DNA of 64,000 nt. Source: Schizochytrium sp. TIO01. Its lineage: Eukaryota; Protista; Bigyra: Labyrinthulomycetes. The notes under the pieces are model-generated. The model had not been told where the DNA came from and ran no database searches. It was given only the letters and a program-made list of their open reading frames with translations. Position 1 is the first letter of the stretch. Each line of letters starts with the position of its first letter. Positions 33,125-47,000 of the stretch are shown piece after piece. The translations under genes and the position numbers were made by a program. The stretch lies in assembly GCA_004764695.1 (NCBI GenBank), contig SMSO01000035.1, forward strand, positions 992,001 to 1,056,000, written 5' to 3'.

Positions 33125-34486
33125 ATGAATGCCCTTGTGCCAGTGATACCCGTTCCAATATTTGCAGCGGCGAAAGAAGCAGCAGAAAGAGCTGCTGATG
33201 AAGCCATTCAGGCTGCTCAGGCTGCGGAGAAAGCAAAACTTGCAGCCCAGCATAACCTACACCAGTCCGTGGGTCCAACTGGCTACGACCATGACCATAT
33301 AGGCCCTTTGCTTGCTGTAGCCGGTGTTTTCACACTCCTTGCTGTTTGTGCATCCGCAATCACGCTTGTCGGCCATCTTCAGAACTTTACGATGCCAGAA
33401 CATCAGATTTTTATATGTAGAATTATTCTCCTTGCACCAATTTACGCAATCATCTCCTTTCTAGCTCTCGCTGCGCCTACGTATGCAGTTGCCCTAGAAA
33501 TGTTAAGAGGGTGCTACGAGGCCTTTGTTCTTTACGCATTTTTTGCCCTCCTCCTTACTTACCTTGGGGGAGAGCGAGCACTCGGTGAGTGGTTGGAGAC
33601 ACGAGGCTATGTCCAGCATTGGGGAATTATCCGGCAATTATTTCCAAAACGCCGCAACATTGCTCTAGGCCATAGCTTCCTGCGACGCGTTCAACAAGGG
33701 ATTCTCCAGTTCGTTTTCGTTAAGCCTATGACAGCACTCTTAGCCTTGCTTCTCTCTCTTGCTGGAGTTTATCATGAAGGCCATTTCAGGATTACTGATG
33801 CCTATCTCTATCTCAGTCTAATCAACAACTGCAGTGTTTCGCTAGCATTGTATTGCCTTGTGCTATTTTATCTGGCGACAGAATCTATTCTTCAGCCTTT
33901 CAAACCAATTTCAAAGTTTCTTGCGGTCAAAGCTGTAATCTTCTTCTGCTATTGGCAATATTGTGGTCTTCAAACGCTCTATCTCGTTTCGATCATTCCA
34001 TCTCAGCCAGTTGTTTCTATGACACAGAATTCATTAATTTGCATTGAGATGTTCATTGCTGCAATTGTTTTCCATATTGCCTTTACACCTTCTGATTATG
34101 CAAGGGGAAGCAATGGCCGCACTCTTGCCTCAAGGCTGGTGTTTCAGAGCGAGATCTTCCGTATGACTCGAAGCAGTATCGCAACAACAACTGCGAAGAC
34201 TGCGGGGGGGTCAATCGCTTCACATTATGATGACCCACTGTTTGATAGTAGTGACGATGGCGCGGAAGGAGCTTCTCGCAGCCGTGGGAGCAATGCAATT
34301 GCCAACGATATGGATACCGATGGGATTGATTCAGATGAAGAAACGAGCAGCTTACTCCCCAAGTTCATCACCGTAATTGATGGACGAGATGTCATCCAGG
34401 AAGGAAAAAACAAATTTATTGATAAGGACCACCCTGAACTTCGAATGGAGCTTGCGGACCATGCATCTGCATTCGAGGCAGTATGA
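33125..34486 (+). CDS. TMEM184 / organic solute transporter alpha (Solute_trans_a) family membrane protein, 453 aa
   Basis: HLQNFTMPEHQIFICRIILLAPIYA, RGCYEAFVLYAFF, GILQFVFVKP, ALYCLVLFY, PISKFLAVKAVIFFCYWQ, QNSLICIEM; 7 TM plus acidic tail. Confidence 0.94.
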   Translation: MNALVPVIPVPIFAAAKEAAERAADEAIQAAQAAEKAKLAAQHNLHQSVGPTGYDHDHIGPLLAVAGVFTLLAVCASAITLVGHLQNFTMPEHQIFICRIILLAPIYAIISFLALAAPTYAVALEMLRGCYEAFVLYAFFALLLTYLGGERALGEWLETRGYVQHWGIIRQLFPKRRNIALGHSFLRRVQQGILQFVFVKPMTALLALLLSLAGVYHEGHFRITDAYLYLSLINNCSVSLALYCLVLFYLATESILQPFKPISKFLAVKAVIFFCYWQYCGLQTLYLVSIIPSQPVVSMTQNSLICIEMFIAAIVFHIAFTPSDYARGSNGRTLASRLVFQSEIFRMTRSSIATTTAKTAGGSIASHYDDPLFDSSDDGAEGASRSRGSNAIANDMDTDGIDSDEETSSLLPKFITVIDGRDVIQEGKNKFIDKDHPELRMELADHASAFEAV

Positions 34487-35944
34487 AAGTTAGTCCTACC
34501 CGAGAAGTTGTTCTCTTGAATTTTGAAGATATATGATTGCCATAATGTTGTATTCTAAACCTCCCGACCAATCAAAACCTCTGTAAAAAAAAATATCGTT
34601 GTCTTTTTACCTTGCTGGGAATTTGCTCGATCAACTTCTAATAGCCTCGGCCTTGAAAATACTTTTTAAAATATCGAAATGAAAATTAAAGCTTGGATAT
34701 TGCTCGCTACCACATTCTTCGTTCACAACATTCTAATGTAAAAGAGCCTATCACGAAAATGAGCTCATCTCGAAAAACATTGGCGTTGTCAATTTATTTA
34801 ATCAAACGCATAGTGTCATACAACTTAATATTTTCTACTAACCGTCTTGCTTTTAATTGAATAATAGACATTGATTCTATTCCTTCATCAATTAAATAAC
34901 AATCCTGGGTTGCTTTACAGCAATCAACCAAATGATGAAATGAGAAGGAGGAAAAAGAAACGTACTCGCAGGTCCTTCTTATGAGATCTATGTGGTGAGA
35001 ATGAGAGAATAGACTGATAAATATTGTCGTGAAATCTCTGCAAGAGTAAACTCAAGCAAAAGGTTGTAGAATATGGTTTTCAACAATCTTATGCCTAACA
35101 TGGTATATATGATAGATTCCAGTGCGTTGCCCTTTCCCGAATCAACTCAAGGGGGAGCAATGACTTCCATATGTTGGCGATCATGATTCTGGCTGTCAAA
35201 ATGTTGCATAGTTCTATACCACGCTTCATTGTTTTCTGAACAATTTGATGCTCTTGCCAGCCCTCAGTCGAACATCCCGGAGCAGAAGTCTTTTCTTTCT
35301 CCTCTTTTTCGCTTTACAAGAAGTCCTAGTAGTAGAGGTCTAGTTAAAATCTTTTAGCTTGGGTGAAAATTCAAGCCAAAACAATCACTAATGCCAAAGG
35401 GAGTGGGAAACATATCTCATACTTTGTCAGGTAGTAGATAGAACCTATGTATCTACTCGCACTAAAAGTTTGTTAAAGGTGTAACATTCGGTTCAGTGTT
35501 GAAGACACATTTGCCCACCACTGCGAGGGAGCTTTCTCACTAGTCTCAGATCCTTCACTTAGATAAAACTCCATCTGCACAGTAATTCGTCGTTAATAGC
35601 TACCTATATTTTACAATAGCACTAGCGCTCCCGATTTAAAATTTTCTTTTTAACTTATACTAGCTTCATAGGCATGTACTATAATTAGTACCTTGTAGCA
35701 TAAACATTAAGCTCATGATGCATTGTGAAATCTACATTCTAGAGGCGTTTTGATCGTCTCTCTTCACTTCGAGGTATAGATAGAAAGCACACACAGATAC
35801 GAGATCACTTTCTTGAATGCAAACTCGCAATACCAGCAAGCAGTAAAGTCTTCCTTTCACTCAAGAGTGACGTCTGCTAGCACGTGTATTGAGGTGATCA
35901 GCAGGTCGTTTTGGTCAGAAGGGCGAGGTTGGGCTTCACACACA

Positions 35945-36967
35945 ATGCCAAGATCATCTATCCGAACGAGGTCCCGTCGTGGAGAACATCCGAGCACGCT
36001 GGCCCCAGACAATAAAATCAAGCAAGAGATAGGTTACGGTTCACCCGTGGTGAAGCAGACACCGCTCAAGACATCGAGCACTTATGCCCTTCACGATATC
36101 TTCGAGCAAGTGATGGGTTGTGATTCACCCGTGGCGAAGCAGACACCACTCAAGACATCGAGCACTTTTGGACCAGACAATACCCCCAAGCAAGAGATAG
36201 GTATCTGTTCACCCGTGGCGAAGCAGACATCATCCAAGACATCTACAAAACAAACGACACCCAAGACCTCCAGACGCAGAAGTCTCGATCGAAGCAGACC
36301 TTCTCCGATCCACCGTCGCCGATCTCGTACACCTACCCCCCGGTCCCCCGGACCTGCTACTCCTGAACCTGATCCAAAAACTTTACACCTAGATGATTCA
36401 ACAATACTTCCCGCGCCCCCTCCTAGAACTCGAGCGCTGGAGTATAAGTGTAAAGCAGATTTGCTCCCAACATGGCCATTACCGGAAACCATGGGCCGAA
36501 CCTTGGGAATCTCATCCGGGTCTATTACCGATCAGAAATTTAAAAGTGTAGGTGACCTGGTGTATGGAAAATTTGGAAAACATTTCATGCTTATACGGAG
36601 CGTGACAGTCCTCAACAGAGGAAACAAGGTCGAAATCCTCGAAGAGCTTTCTCATCTCGAAGGAGAAATCGAAATTACACTGGAGTACGAATACCATGCT
36701 GCGGTGAAGTTTGCCTTCATTCTTTTTTGTCTCATTCTTGCATCAATTGTTACAAGAACCTTTTTGGATTTAGCTTTACAAGGTGCAACAGTTGCAAGCG
36801 AATATGCGGAGGTACTGCGAGAACTTGCCAAGTCTCTTGTTGACTTCGTCTGGAGCCTCATTTTCACCGCTGTTGGAATCCTCTCGATTCTATCCATGAT
36901 AAAGGGCTACCTTCATCTAACAAGATCACAATCAAGCCATATGTCTAGAGAGATTGTACTTCGCTAA
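35945..36967 (+). CDS. Orphan protein: Ser/Thr/Pro/Arg-rich N-terminus with 3x28-aa repeats and two C-terminal TM helices (340 aa from first ATG)
   Basis: Open frame of >1 kb, ATG at 35945, in-frame 84-bp repeats, hydrophobic AAVKFAFILFCLILASIV and LVDFVWSLIFTAVGILSILSMI. Confidence 0.72.
   Translation: MPRSSIRTRSRRGEHPSTLAPDNKIKQEIGYGSPVVKQTPLKTSSTYALHDIFEQVMGCDSPVAKQTPLKTSSTFGPDNTPKQEIGICSPVAKQTSSKTSTKQTTPKTSRRRSLDRSRPSPIHRRRSRTPTPRSPGPATPEPDPKTLHLDDSTILPAPPPRTRALEYKCKADLLPTWPLPETMGRTLGISSGSITDQKFKSVGDLVYGKFGKHFMLIRSVTVLNRGNKVEILEELSHLEGEIEITLEYEYHAAVKFAFILFCLILASIVTRTFLDLALQGATVASEYAEVLRELAKSLVDFVWSLIFTAVGILSILSMIKGYLHLTRSQSSHMSREIVLR
35993..36244 (+). repeat. Coding tandem repeat, 3 x 84 bp
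   Basis: Units start at 35993, 36077, 36161 and share ttcacccgtgg(t/c)gaagcagaca...caagacatc. Confidence 0.93.
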
Positions 36968-38071
36968 TCACCAGAATTGAACGATAGTTAAATACTTAAC
37001 CAGACCAGCGTCTGTATAGATTCACAAACTTAATAAAGGCTAAATTGGTGCAATTGAAAGAATTTCTAGATATCATACTGTCATCTATCTCAAAGTGACT
37101 TGCATTGCCGGGCGCACAGTATACTATCTTCTCCAGGAATGGCGGAAAGAAAGCCAAAGAGATAGCATGTGATATAGTATCCTCTAACAATAAAGGGCCT
37201 CGACTCAACTTTTGATCAACTCATCTTTTGATAGCCAACGTTTTCTTTGTTAACCTAGAATTGATGCTGGTATTTTTGGTTACATGAAATGTGCTACGAA
37301 GCGTATTGACTATGCGTCTACGGAAGTTCAATGATGCGATCATACCAAATGAGCGAAGTTCCTTAATCAAGGTGATACAGGTTTTTGGAAGCTAGTTTCT
37401 GGAATGAAAAATAACATGAGGTATACAATCATCAGTCCACCGGCAGGGAGAACTTTCTTTTTCTTTTCCTTTCTCTTCTATTTTGTAATTTTTGTAATTT
37501 CTCATCTTTCAATTCGTCATTTTTTCATATTGCGCAACATGAAGCTAATGGTCTCCCGTAGCACTATGTTCATTCTTATCTTATATATTGTCTGCGGCAC
37601 CTTCAACATACACCCTGGCTTCCTTTCTACGCTATACTAAGAGCCCGTACTGTACCCAGGCATCTCACTTGAGAGCGCTCTCAAACGATACTGGCAATAT
37701 TACAAAGCAACATTAAGAAACAGACTTGAGGACTCGGTGCAGTCCTGTGTAGCATGCTGCCTTCTCTTCCTGTGCATTTTGACGTGGAGGGCCGTACTAG
37801 TTGTCAAGAATTCCTCGAAGGTTCAATACTATCGAGCTGTCGATCAAAGTCTCTACTGTTTTAAGGATAGACAGTCCTATCCAACTTCCTATCTGAGTTA
37901 AGTAGCAATGCATATAGTATTAGGGGCAGCAGGCAGTTAGGCAATAAGAAAGCTCCTAAAAGTACGTAAGAGCCACGAGTTGAGGCGAAGAAGTTCAAGG
38001 GCGATCTCAAAACAACTCAAATTTGAATTGCAAGACAGCACGGAGTGCTTTAGCTTTGCCTTGCAACAGAG

Positions 38072-41000
38072 ATGGCAATCGCAGCAGGCGCAGGTTCGTG
38101 GGCGAGGCTTTACGACCAGCTGCAGGGGATAAAAGCAGGCACGCTCAAAAACCGAGCGACCGCCTTCGAAGAAGTCCGAAGACTCCTTGACGATGAGGCA
38201 TTATGCGAACAAATCACAGCGCATAACACAGAGGTAGAGGCGCAACCGAGCGCGTGGGGCGAGGTTTGCTGCACTACTCTTGAAGGCATTGAATGGATGC
38301 TAAAGAATACCAGGGCACAGAACCTTGCACACGTTATCCAGAGACCCCTCGCCGTGCTGCGAATGGTTGTCTCGATTTCTGGAGGAGCGGAGGGACTTCA
38401 TAGCACACGAGTCACAAAGAGAATTTTGGAATTCTGCTTTGATAAAATGAGTGCTGATAACCATCTTCAGGAAAGTGGGACAGAGTACCTTCACATTATA
38501 CGAAGCCTTTTAAGCTCTTCAAGAGCTCATCATGTTAACCAGAAAATGCTCCAACGAGCTTGGCAGTTCAGCAAAAAGCACATGAACAGCACTCGTGCCA
38601 ATGAAAGCAACCTTGCAGCAGAGCTGCTGTGGGCCTTTCTCAAGTCTGTTCGATTTGAGATATGCAAAGAACTTGAGGTGGATATCATGCACGGAATGCA
38701 GAGTTGGCTATCAGACAATGACGCAAATGATCTACCTAATGATGTTGAACGTCGTGATAAATTTCTTTTGGATATAATTTCGGCTTTCATTTGGGCACGC
38801 CAGCGCTCATTTTACCCGATCCTGGCTGCACACGCAAACATTGTCCCAGATTATGTTTTACGGCGAGTTGCTCAAAAGCTGGTCATAACATCACCTTTGA
38901 GAACCAGTGCTCTATGCTGCCTTCACCGCCAACTTGTTCTATTTGCTCAGCATGCAGAAGCATGGGCTATTGAGCCACAAAACCCCCTTGGTGTTGGACC
39001 AATCAAGACATCTTTGCTGGACAAAGTGTGGACTATTGAGCTAGGAATATTCAAAGACAGCATGAAAGACCTTGCAAACATTGCAAGTTTGTTTAACTTC
39101 CAAGTCGAAAATCAATCTAATACACAGAACTTAGATGAAAACTTTGAAGTGAAGCCAGGGCTCCAGGTCCACCTAGACTTTGCCGCAGATCTTCTTTATT
39201 GGCACGAACAAACGAAAGATTCAAATTTTGGAATCGCAGATATACTCCAAAACATTCAAGAAGCATCCGCTCCAGCTCGTCAACAGAGTATACAAGCGGT
39301 TCCCTGGCTTCAATTACTATGTACATATTTTGACCGTCATTCCAAAATGGGATGGCAAGTTACCAGTGAGGCAAACCTGCAAAGTATTATTCATGTTATG
39401 CACGATCGCCTGAATAGGGTTTCTGCAGCCCAACAAGAAACGGAGTGGATATTAAAGTGCTGTATAAGTCTTATTCGCGCTCGGGACTCAAAACAATCAA
39501 GTTGCTGGTATGAGCTCTGGCGCATTGTTGTAAACAAAGTAATGTTCAAAATACCGCAGGGACATCGTGAGACTGGACTACAACTTGTGATACTTCTCAT
39601 TCATAGGCAGTTTATTGACTCGACGTCTATTGGTTCTGCCACAAAGTCGATCTGCAAGATGTGTGACATTGATCTTGATAGCGAGCATATTCTTCAAAAT
39701 TCTTGCTCTGCAGCGGTGGAACCGAGGGAAAGCGTGCAGCTATCGGAAAACCTCGAAGTTGAACAACATGCTGTATCTTCAAATGATCTATCGGAGCCGA
39801 GTATTGCAAAGTTAGAAGTTCTTGCATGTTTGTTCAGGAGCGCGTCTTTGCACGAAGATCAAGATTTACGGTCACGCCAGATAGTGCTGTCTTGGGCATG
39901 CCACTTTTTACCGACGAGGAAAAAACCTAAAACGCAAGATTTCATAAGGGCGCTGTCCAATCTTTTTGTGGCTCTTACCTCACGTTTGAACATACTTTGG
40001 CAACCGACTTGCTTGAAATGGGATCAACCACATGCACCTGAACGCTCCAATGAAACCACCTACCTCTCCATTTTGGCAGAAGAGGCATGTCAGAAGCAAC
40101 TTTACAATAGATTGGTCAATGAGTCTCATCGCTTGTTAGCCATGCTCAGAGAAAGCGAAAATGAGTCATCTTGTGATACGGCTCGTGCAGTTCGCCAGGC
40201 AGCGCAGCTAGCGTATATCATCGGCCAAGTCTATGAATTAACATGCATGGAATGCAAGGATCAAGATGAAATTCACTCGATCCATGGGCAGCTTCTTTCC
40301 ATGATATTAAAGTATCTTGGACAGAAGAATCTTATTTGGGGTGGAAGTGAACAGCGCACTATCTCAAGCGCTTTAGGTGAAAATTTACTTCTTACCGCGA
40401 TAAAGCCCAGAACCTCTGTTCAGTCGTCCCTTTCTTCGAGAGATTCTGATTTTCCTAGCTGTGCTGTGGACGAGATTTTCTCCATGCTCAAAAATATCAA
40501 ATTGAAGCACCAGGTTGTCTTTGAGCTGGACTCGCCTTCGTTCACAGGATTAGCTTCTTCTTCAACACGCTCGCAAATTACAACTCCAGATGACGTACAA
40601 ACAACGCGACCTGTGTCAGTTGCTGCTCAAACAGCTTCCAAACGGCGGAAGTTGAATTATCTTCGCAATGAACCTGATATGATGGATGTCGACCAGGCTT
40701 TGTTTTATTCGGACCGACATCAAAGCAATCACCCAAATCAAAGTCGGAAGGATACTGATTCTGATAGCAGTGATGAAGAAGATATTGATGCATTCAGTGG
40801 GGAATTTGGAGAATCTTATACCTCCCAACTTACTATTAGTTCAAGTAGGAATAATTTTACGATAAAGCGGTCGGGTTCGCAGGCATCATCCGCCAGAATC
40901 GCTTTAGCAATGAGTCCATCGGTATCTGATATCAACCTTGGACATCGTATTCAGCATTGTGATGCGCTCATATTTGCTCGTAACTTGATTCGTATAGTGA

Positions 41001-44000
41001 CGTCTCTTCTCTTCAGCAATTCGAATTACACACCTAGCATCGACATCATCAAAAGGTTATTACTACCCGGCGAGGTCGACGAGGAAAGCGAATACAGGAA
41101 TGTGTCGACAGTTAATACAGAGTTCAGCATTGTTATGATTGAGCACCTTTGTGAAATCATCTGTGAGGTCATCAACCTTGCACAAAATGGGGAGCTTGGT
41201 GGTCATCTTGATATTGTCGTCGATGGACTACATCTTCTTCTGACCGCTGCCAATTTGTTTGCAGATAATGGGGAGGTTCTTCTTTGCATTTCAAAGAGTA
41301 TCGCAAAAGTCGCTCAGCTAATGAAGGAACTTCCTACTCGCTTACAGAAAGAAAATTGGTGCATCGAAGCTATGAAAGTTATGATGAACGCAATTATGGA
41401 TCTGTCAGGTAATCAAGATAACTCTGCATTTTTCATGAAGAGTTCAAATAGCACAAGTAAGTTCGCATGGGAAATACGCTATTTTCTTCGTCACAACAAG
41501 TTGCTGCTTATGCCAGAACTTACTCGTCTTTACATGTGCAAAGCGACTGTAAATTGCTCGGAGCTTTGGCTCTCACAGAGTTCGAAACCTGGTATCAAAC
41601 TAGCAACATATGTACTCTATAATAGCTGTATGGATAAGCAAGGCTACATGCTCCGAACAGGTGCAGCAGCACTGTGTTCACCACTTTTGGCTCGCCTCAA
41701 AGCTAGTGATCCTCTAGCCCTGCTCCATGGCTTTGTGAATTCAATTCAAAGTACACACGATAGCGCAGCTGTAGAAACTTTACGCGGCCTACCTCAAAGC
41801 CTCCCTTTCGTAGACGGTGGGGAGTCTGATGGAGACTCTGGGAACCAGGAAGAAAACCAGGAACTGTGTTGCGCCGATATAGACGATGTCGACAATGAAC
41901 AGGCTGATATGTCTTCTCTCACCATGGATTCTTTAGCGAACCTGTCTGAAACAGAACGTGAGAATTTCATTCGTTATTTCCAAGATGACGAAACTGTGTG
42001 GAGCAACTGGAACCTACTTACGAAATTAGCTTGCGCCTCCCACGCCCTGGTACGCTCTGTGCTCTTTCGCTTGGCGATATTTGCATCAATGAATATACCT
42101 AAAAACAGCAACCGCAATCATTCTCAGCAAAAATCAGAGCGAGGGGTATTACGTAGGTCTTTCCTGCGAGAGCTAGTGATTCAAATTAGCAAATCGGTTG
42201 CCTGTCCTCATATTTTCTTTGCGCAGAGTGAATTCTTGTTAATGAATTGGGTTCGATATGGTCCATGTCCAGCAGGAGATCCTCTACAAAACTTTCCATG
42301 TTATGTTTTCGATATTGAAACTCGTAAGCCCAATCACTTTGATATGGTCGCCATCCCTCGTGCATTTGTTGGTTTACTCCTCCATAGTGGTATCAATGGC
42401 GGTTTGAAACTTCAAGGGAGAATCCAAAGCTTGAAGTCCAAAGCTCCAACTCTGCCCGAAGTTCTTCATCTTTACAAATGGGAACTCTATGGGTACCTTG
42501 GCATGCTTAAAAAACCGGACTTATGGAATAACCTTAAGCAAACGTATGACATTCAACTCAACAATGATCCTCTAGGACAAACACAGGCTGTCCTTGCTGC
42601 TTTAGACTTAGTGTCTACTCCGCAGGGAGGGTTCGGGGACTACAAAGGTTTATCAGCGGAAAAAGTGTGCTCTTTCGCACAAGATCTCTTGTGCCTAGAT
42701 TCAGACCAATGTTCGTCGAACTTGAGCGACATTATTGTGCATCTCAACGAGCGTGCCCAACTTGATCGCGGGGCTACAATTCCAGCTCTTAAAGCTGTGA
42801 TCGAATGGCTTATCTCCAAAAATGCCTTTGATTCTCAACCCATGGCGTTGACTGCTAGTTTAAACCTTGTCATTTACTTATTGCGATGTTTTGAAGACGC
42901 CAGTGAGGAGGAAAACATTGATCTTGCAATCGACTGTCTATACTATTTAGGAAATTCTGCAAGTCGTACCGAATCGGGGCGATCGGTGATGGAGCGCAAT
43001 GTTCTTGTAGTAGCCACCACATTGCGGGATTTTCTTCTTCGGTGCCCAGATACAAGGTGCGAGCGAAGGAGAACGCTAGAAGATTCGAAACTTCAATGGA
43101 CACGAGACCTTGCTCAATTTCTTCCGCAAGTTGTTCACACTTTATTGCTGGTACCGGGATTTGAGTCGCAATTAAGCAATCATGAGGATCAACCGAGCAT
43201 TTTTGCTTGTCTTGTTGAGGCTTTTGGAAGAGGTTCTTCTCTACTACTGCTGCTCCGGATGAATCCAATAGTTTATGCACCAACTTATGTTGCTGTGCTT
43301 ACAATGGTTATCGCACAGCTGGAAAAACTCGACCTTGCGTTGCAAGATCCAATGCTTGGTCAAGCAACATTAATTCTAGGCTCTTTAATGCATGATGTAC
43401 CAGAGAACATTCGCGATCTGGCTGCACAATGCCTAGGGTTGATCGGTTGTGTGGATGAGTCTGTGATGGATCTTTTCCAAGCGAATGTAGACTTGGAGAC
43501 CCAACGCACCGCAGACTATGACGGTGTTTATGAGATTATGGAGTATCTTGATTGTGCGCTGGCATCTCCAGATGTCAAGATTTCTAGCTCGGCTCTTGAA
43601 GGTCTTCGCTGCAATGCAGACCTCGTTGTGGAGACTCTATCATCTGGATCAAATTCCAGCTCTTCAAAGCTTGCAATCTATGATGATTGCATCGGCAATA
43701 TTAAACACCTCGGAAGGAATTATCGGAATCGCCGGCGGAAGGATAAAGTTCAACTTGATAGTGAGTTTGCAACTGTACTTGTTCGGAGGTCAATAAGTTG
43801 TCTTTTTGCAAACTTTCGTGCCGAGCAAAAGGGTCTAATCTCATCCTTGCGTTTTAATGTATGTTCAAGCCTCTGGCAAGCATTTGATACCCCATTTAAT
43901 GATTGGATCTGTCGTTTGGGCTATGCGATGTGCAGCAACATATGGGGATCAGAGAAAGAACCTCTGCAATACTGTCGTGAGTTAGCGGCAGTAGATCCAC

Positions 44001-47000
44001 GCTTCTCCCGCTTACTTCTTCCACGGGTAATTCACAAGCTTGTTACTAGCGGCAGCAATGATACTTTGAAGGGGCTGGCTAACATTTTTAACGAAATGTT
44101 AGACCCTGAAAACCAAGTGCCAGGAGATAAAGTTCGGGTTGTCCTTGAGGCGCTGGCATTCACGCGTAGACGCTTTGTTAAATCTAAGCCCAAACAAGCA
44201 TTGCGAGATCGTCTCTCAGAACTAATTGACCCCCTGCATATTGGTCGCGCAGCTCTAGGTTGCGATATGCCAGCGACAGCATTAATGTATCTGCAAAGCT
44301 TTATCGAAAGGCCTGGACAAGAATCGTCTCAGCTCATATTCGATGCCTACAGACAACTTGGGTCTGTTGAAGATATGAAGTGCGCTGGTCTTTCCAATGC
44401 TTATCCTATACTTCACTATGAGAAGCGAAATTGGCTTACTGCTCTGGTGGGCGTTGATGGTTCTCTTGCCCGGTCTGCATTGAGGGATGCAAGTCACAGT
44501 GAGCAAGATTCTACTCGAGCATTACCTTTTACGGGGAGTGTTCATTCTTCGCTGCAGCCCAGTGATCATGGGATTCTTTCTGGCGCCTTGCGGAATTTAG
44601 GGTTGCACCAATTGCTTGATATGGTAAATCCTAGCCCCGCAGAGGCAGAGTGGCGGATGAGCTCTACTTCACAAACTATGGATGACGCATGGGATTGGAA
44701 CTCTCTGGATGTAGTCTATAGCGGTGCGTTGCGAGCACTTCGAAGTGGCTCACAAGCGAAATTGAAACAAATTCTTGCACTTGGCCTCGCCGAGGCAACC
44801 CGCCGGATGGAGTCAAAGCTGTCAACAGGCGAATGCTCAAATCAAATTTATTCAAATCTTGGAGACTTACAGCGCTTGAGCGAGCTGAGTCGAGCTTTCG
44901 CCGGCTCCAGAAATCAAGTTTCGAAGTTGGAAACCCTTGTATCTGCCTGGGATCAGCATTTAGTTGCGCAGCGTCAGTTAGTGTATGAGCTTGGTGAACC
45001 TCTTTTATCGCTACGCACATCTATGCTCAAGGCTGTCAAAGGGAGTTTAGGGGATCATCTTGTTGCCGCTGCAAAGTTTGCTCGAAATCAGGGAAAACCA
45101 GAGGTAGCGCGCAATCTTTTGTTGCAGCATGGGAAAGAAATGAATGACAAAGAGGCCAATGATGCTGTATCGTTTGAGACAGCTTGTGTCTTATGGGCCT
45201 GTGGAGAACAGCAGGAAGCAATTTCTTTAGTGAAACAGCTCATCAGTCGGGAATGTCAGAGGTCACCTATTTCAAATCCTACTTTAGTTTCTCAAATGAT
45301 GCACCAAGTTGGTCGTTGGCTCTTGAAGGTTTCTCACGAGTCTCCACCTGACATTATGATCTGGTTCCAAGACAGTATCGAAATAGCTACTCAGAGTGGA
45401 ATAGCTCAATCTGAGCTTGCTCAAAGCCAAGCCACTTATACAAGCTACCTTGACCATCTATACCGCACCCTCTATGGAAGAATGACTTCCCCTGAGTACA
45501 AGCGTACGGAGCGGTCTTTGAAAAAGCTCGAAGAGCGACTTTGCAAGGCACGAGAGAATCTTAACACAACCCGGAAAAAATCGGAACAATCTGATTTGAA
45601 GCGTGTTATCAGAGATTTGGAAAAGGTTGTTCAGCCTTCGAGGACTGAACGAGACCAAGAGATGGAGCTACTTGGCCATTATCTAGAACAAACAGCTGAG
45701 CAGCTTGGTCGCGCTATTTGTGCAAGTCCCGAGACCCCTTTGAAGTTTGTGTTCAGACTCGTTGGCCTTTGGTTCAATCATTTAGATAATGAAATAGTTG
45801 CCACTGCTGCAACTGCGATTCCAACCAAAAAGTTACTTCCTCTTGCATATCAGATTGCCTCTCGCGTAGGTATGAATAACGGTTTGGATAACTTCCTTGC
45901 CAGTTTTGCCTGTGATGAGTTATTTGATGTTTATCCTCATATCCACGCCCTGGCAAATGGTGATCAAATCCCTGAAGGTCAACGTCTTCGCAATTACGCC
46001 ATACAAAATACTAGCAAAGTTGATTCTGCAAAACAAGTCACAAGGAAAATTCGCAAACTAGCGGTTAAACTGCAAGTAGTAGAGGCTTTGGATAGCATTC
46101 TCTCTGCACTCACTTATCTCGCGTGCCATGACGTGGGCCCTCGACCAAGTCGCTCAAAAGTTTTTCGCACGAGTGACTGTCGTAATTTCAAAACTATGAT
46201 GACTCAGTATCGAGATATAAATATTCACATCCCGCTACTTTCTCCAAACGATAAAGTCCTGAATGTTCTTCCAGAGTTTCAAATAACAGCAAGTGGAATC
46301 AATGTGCCTAAGATTTTGACATTGCAGATGTCGAGTGGCAAAAAACGACGTATCCTTCTCAAGGGCAGTGATGATCTACGACAAGACGCAGTTATACAGC
46401 AACTTTTTACGTTGATGCAATATCTCTTGTCAGATGCACGACTAACCATTCGCACGTATAAGGTAGTGCCGTTGACCCCTGTAGCTGGACTTATTGAATG
46501 GGTGGAGAACACTATTCCAATTGGTGAGTATCTCTGCAGTTTTAACAACAGCGGTGCAGCGCACGATCGCTATTTAGAAAAGGGTGACTGGCCACATCCA
46601 AAGTGTAGCAACTTGATGAGACAAGCGCACGAAACGGCGAAATCCACTAAGAAAACGACTATCATGAAGCGTCACAAGTCAATGAACGTAGGAGGGCCTT
46701 CTGCCCGTCGAAGGTCAAGTCGAGGTATGATAGGTGAGAGTGAGACGTCTATGGATGGCACAGATACTAGTACGCCATCCTCGACCGGAGACGTTATCTT
46801 AGATGAATACCGCAAGGTTTGTAGACACTTCAAACCTGTGATGCGATTTTTCTTCCTCGAGACGTTTGCTTCATCTGCAGAATGGTATCTTCGACGAAAG
46901 GTATACACCCAGTCCGTAGCTGTGAATAGCATGGTAGGCCATATTTTTGGAGTTGGTGATCGTCATTTACAAAACATTCTGATCGACAAGACAACAGCAG

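Noticed and set aside
33125-34486. OST-alpha/TMEM184 as the osmolyte exporter of a cluster
   Set aside because: It is a conserved pan-eukaryotic family separated from the fusion gene by Prp6; the link is in the name only.
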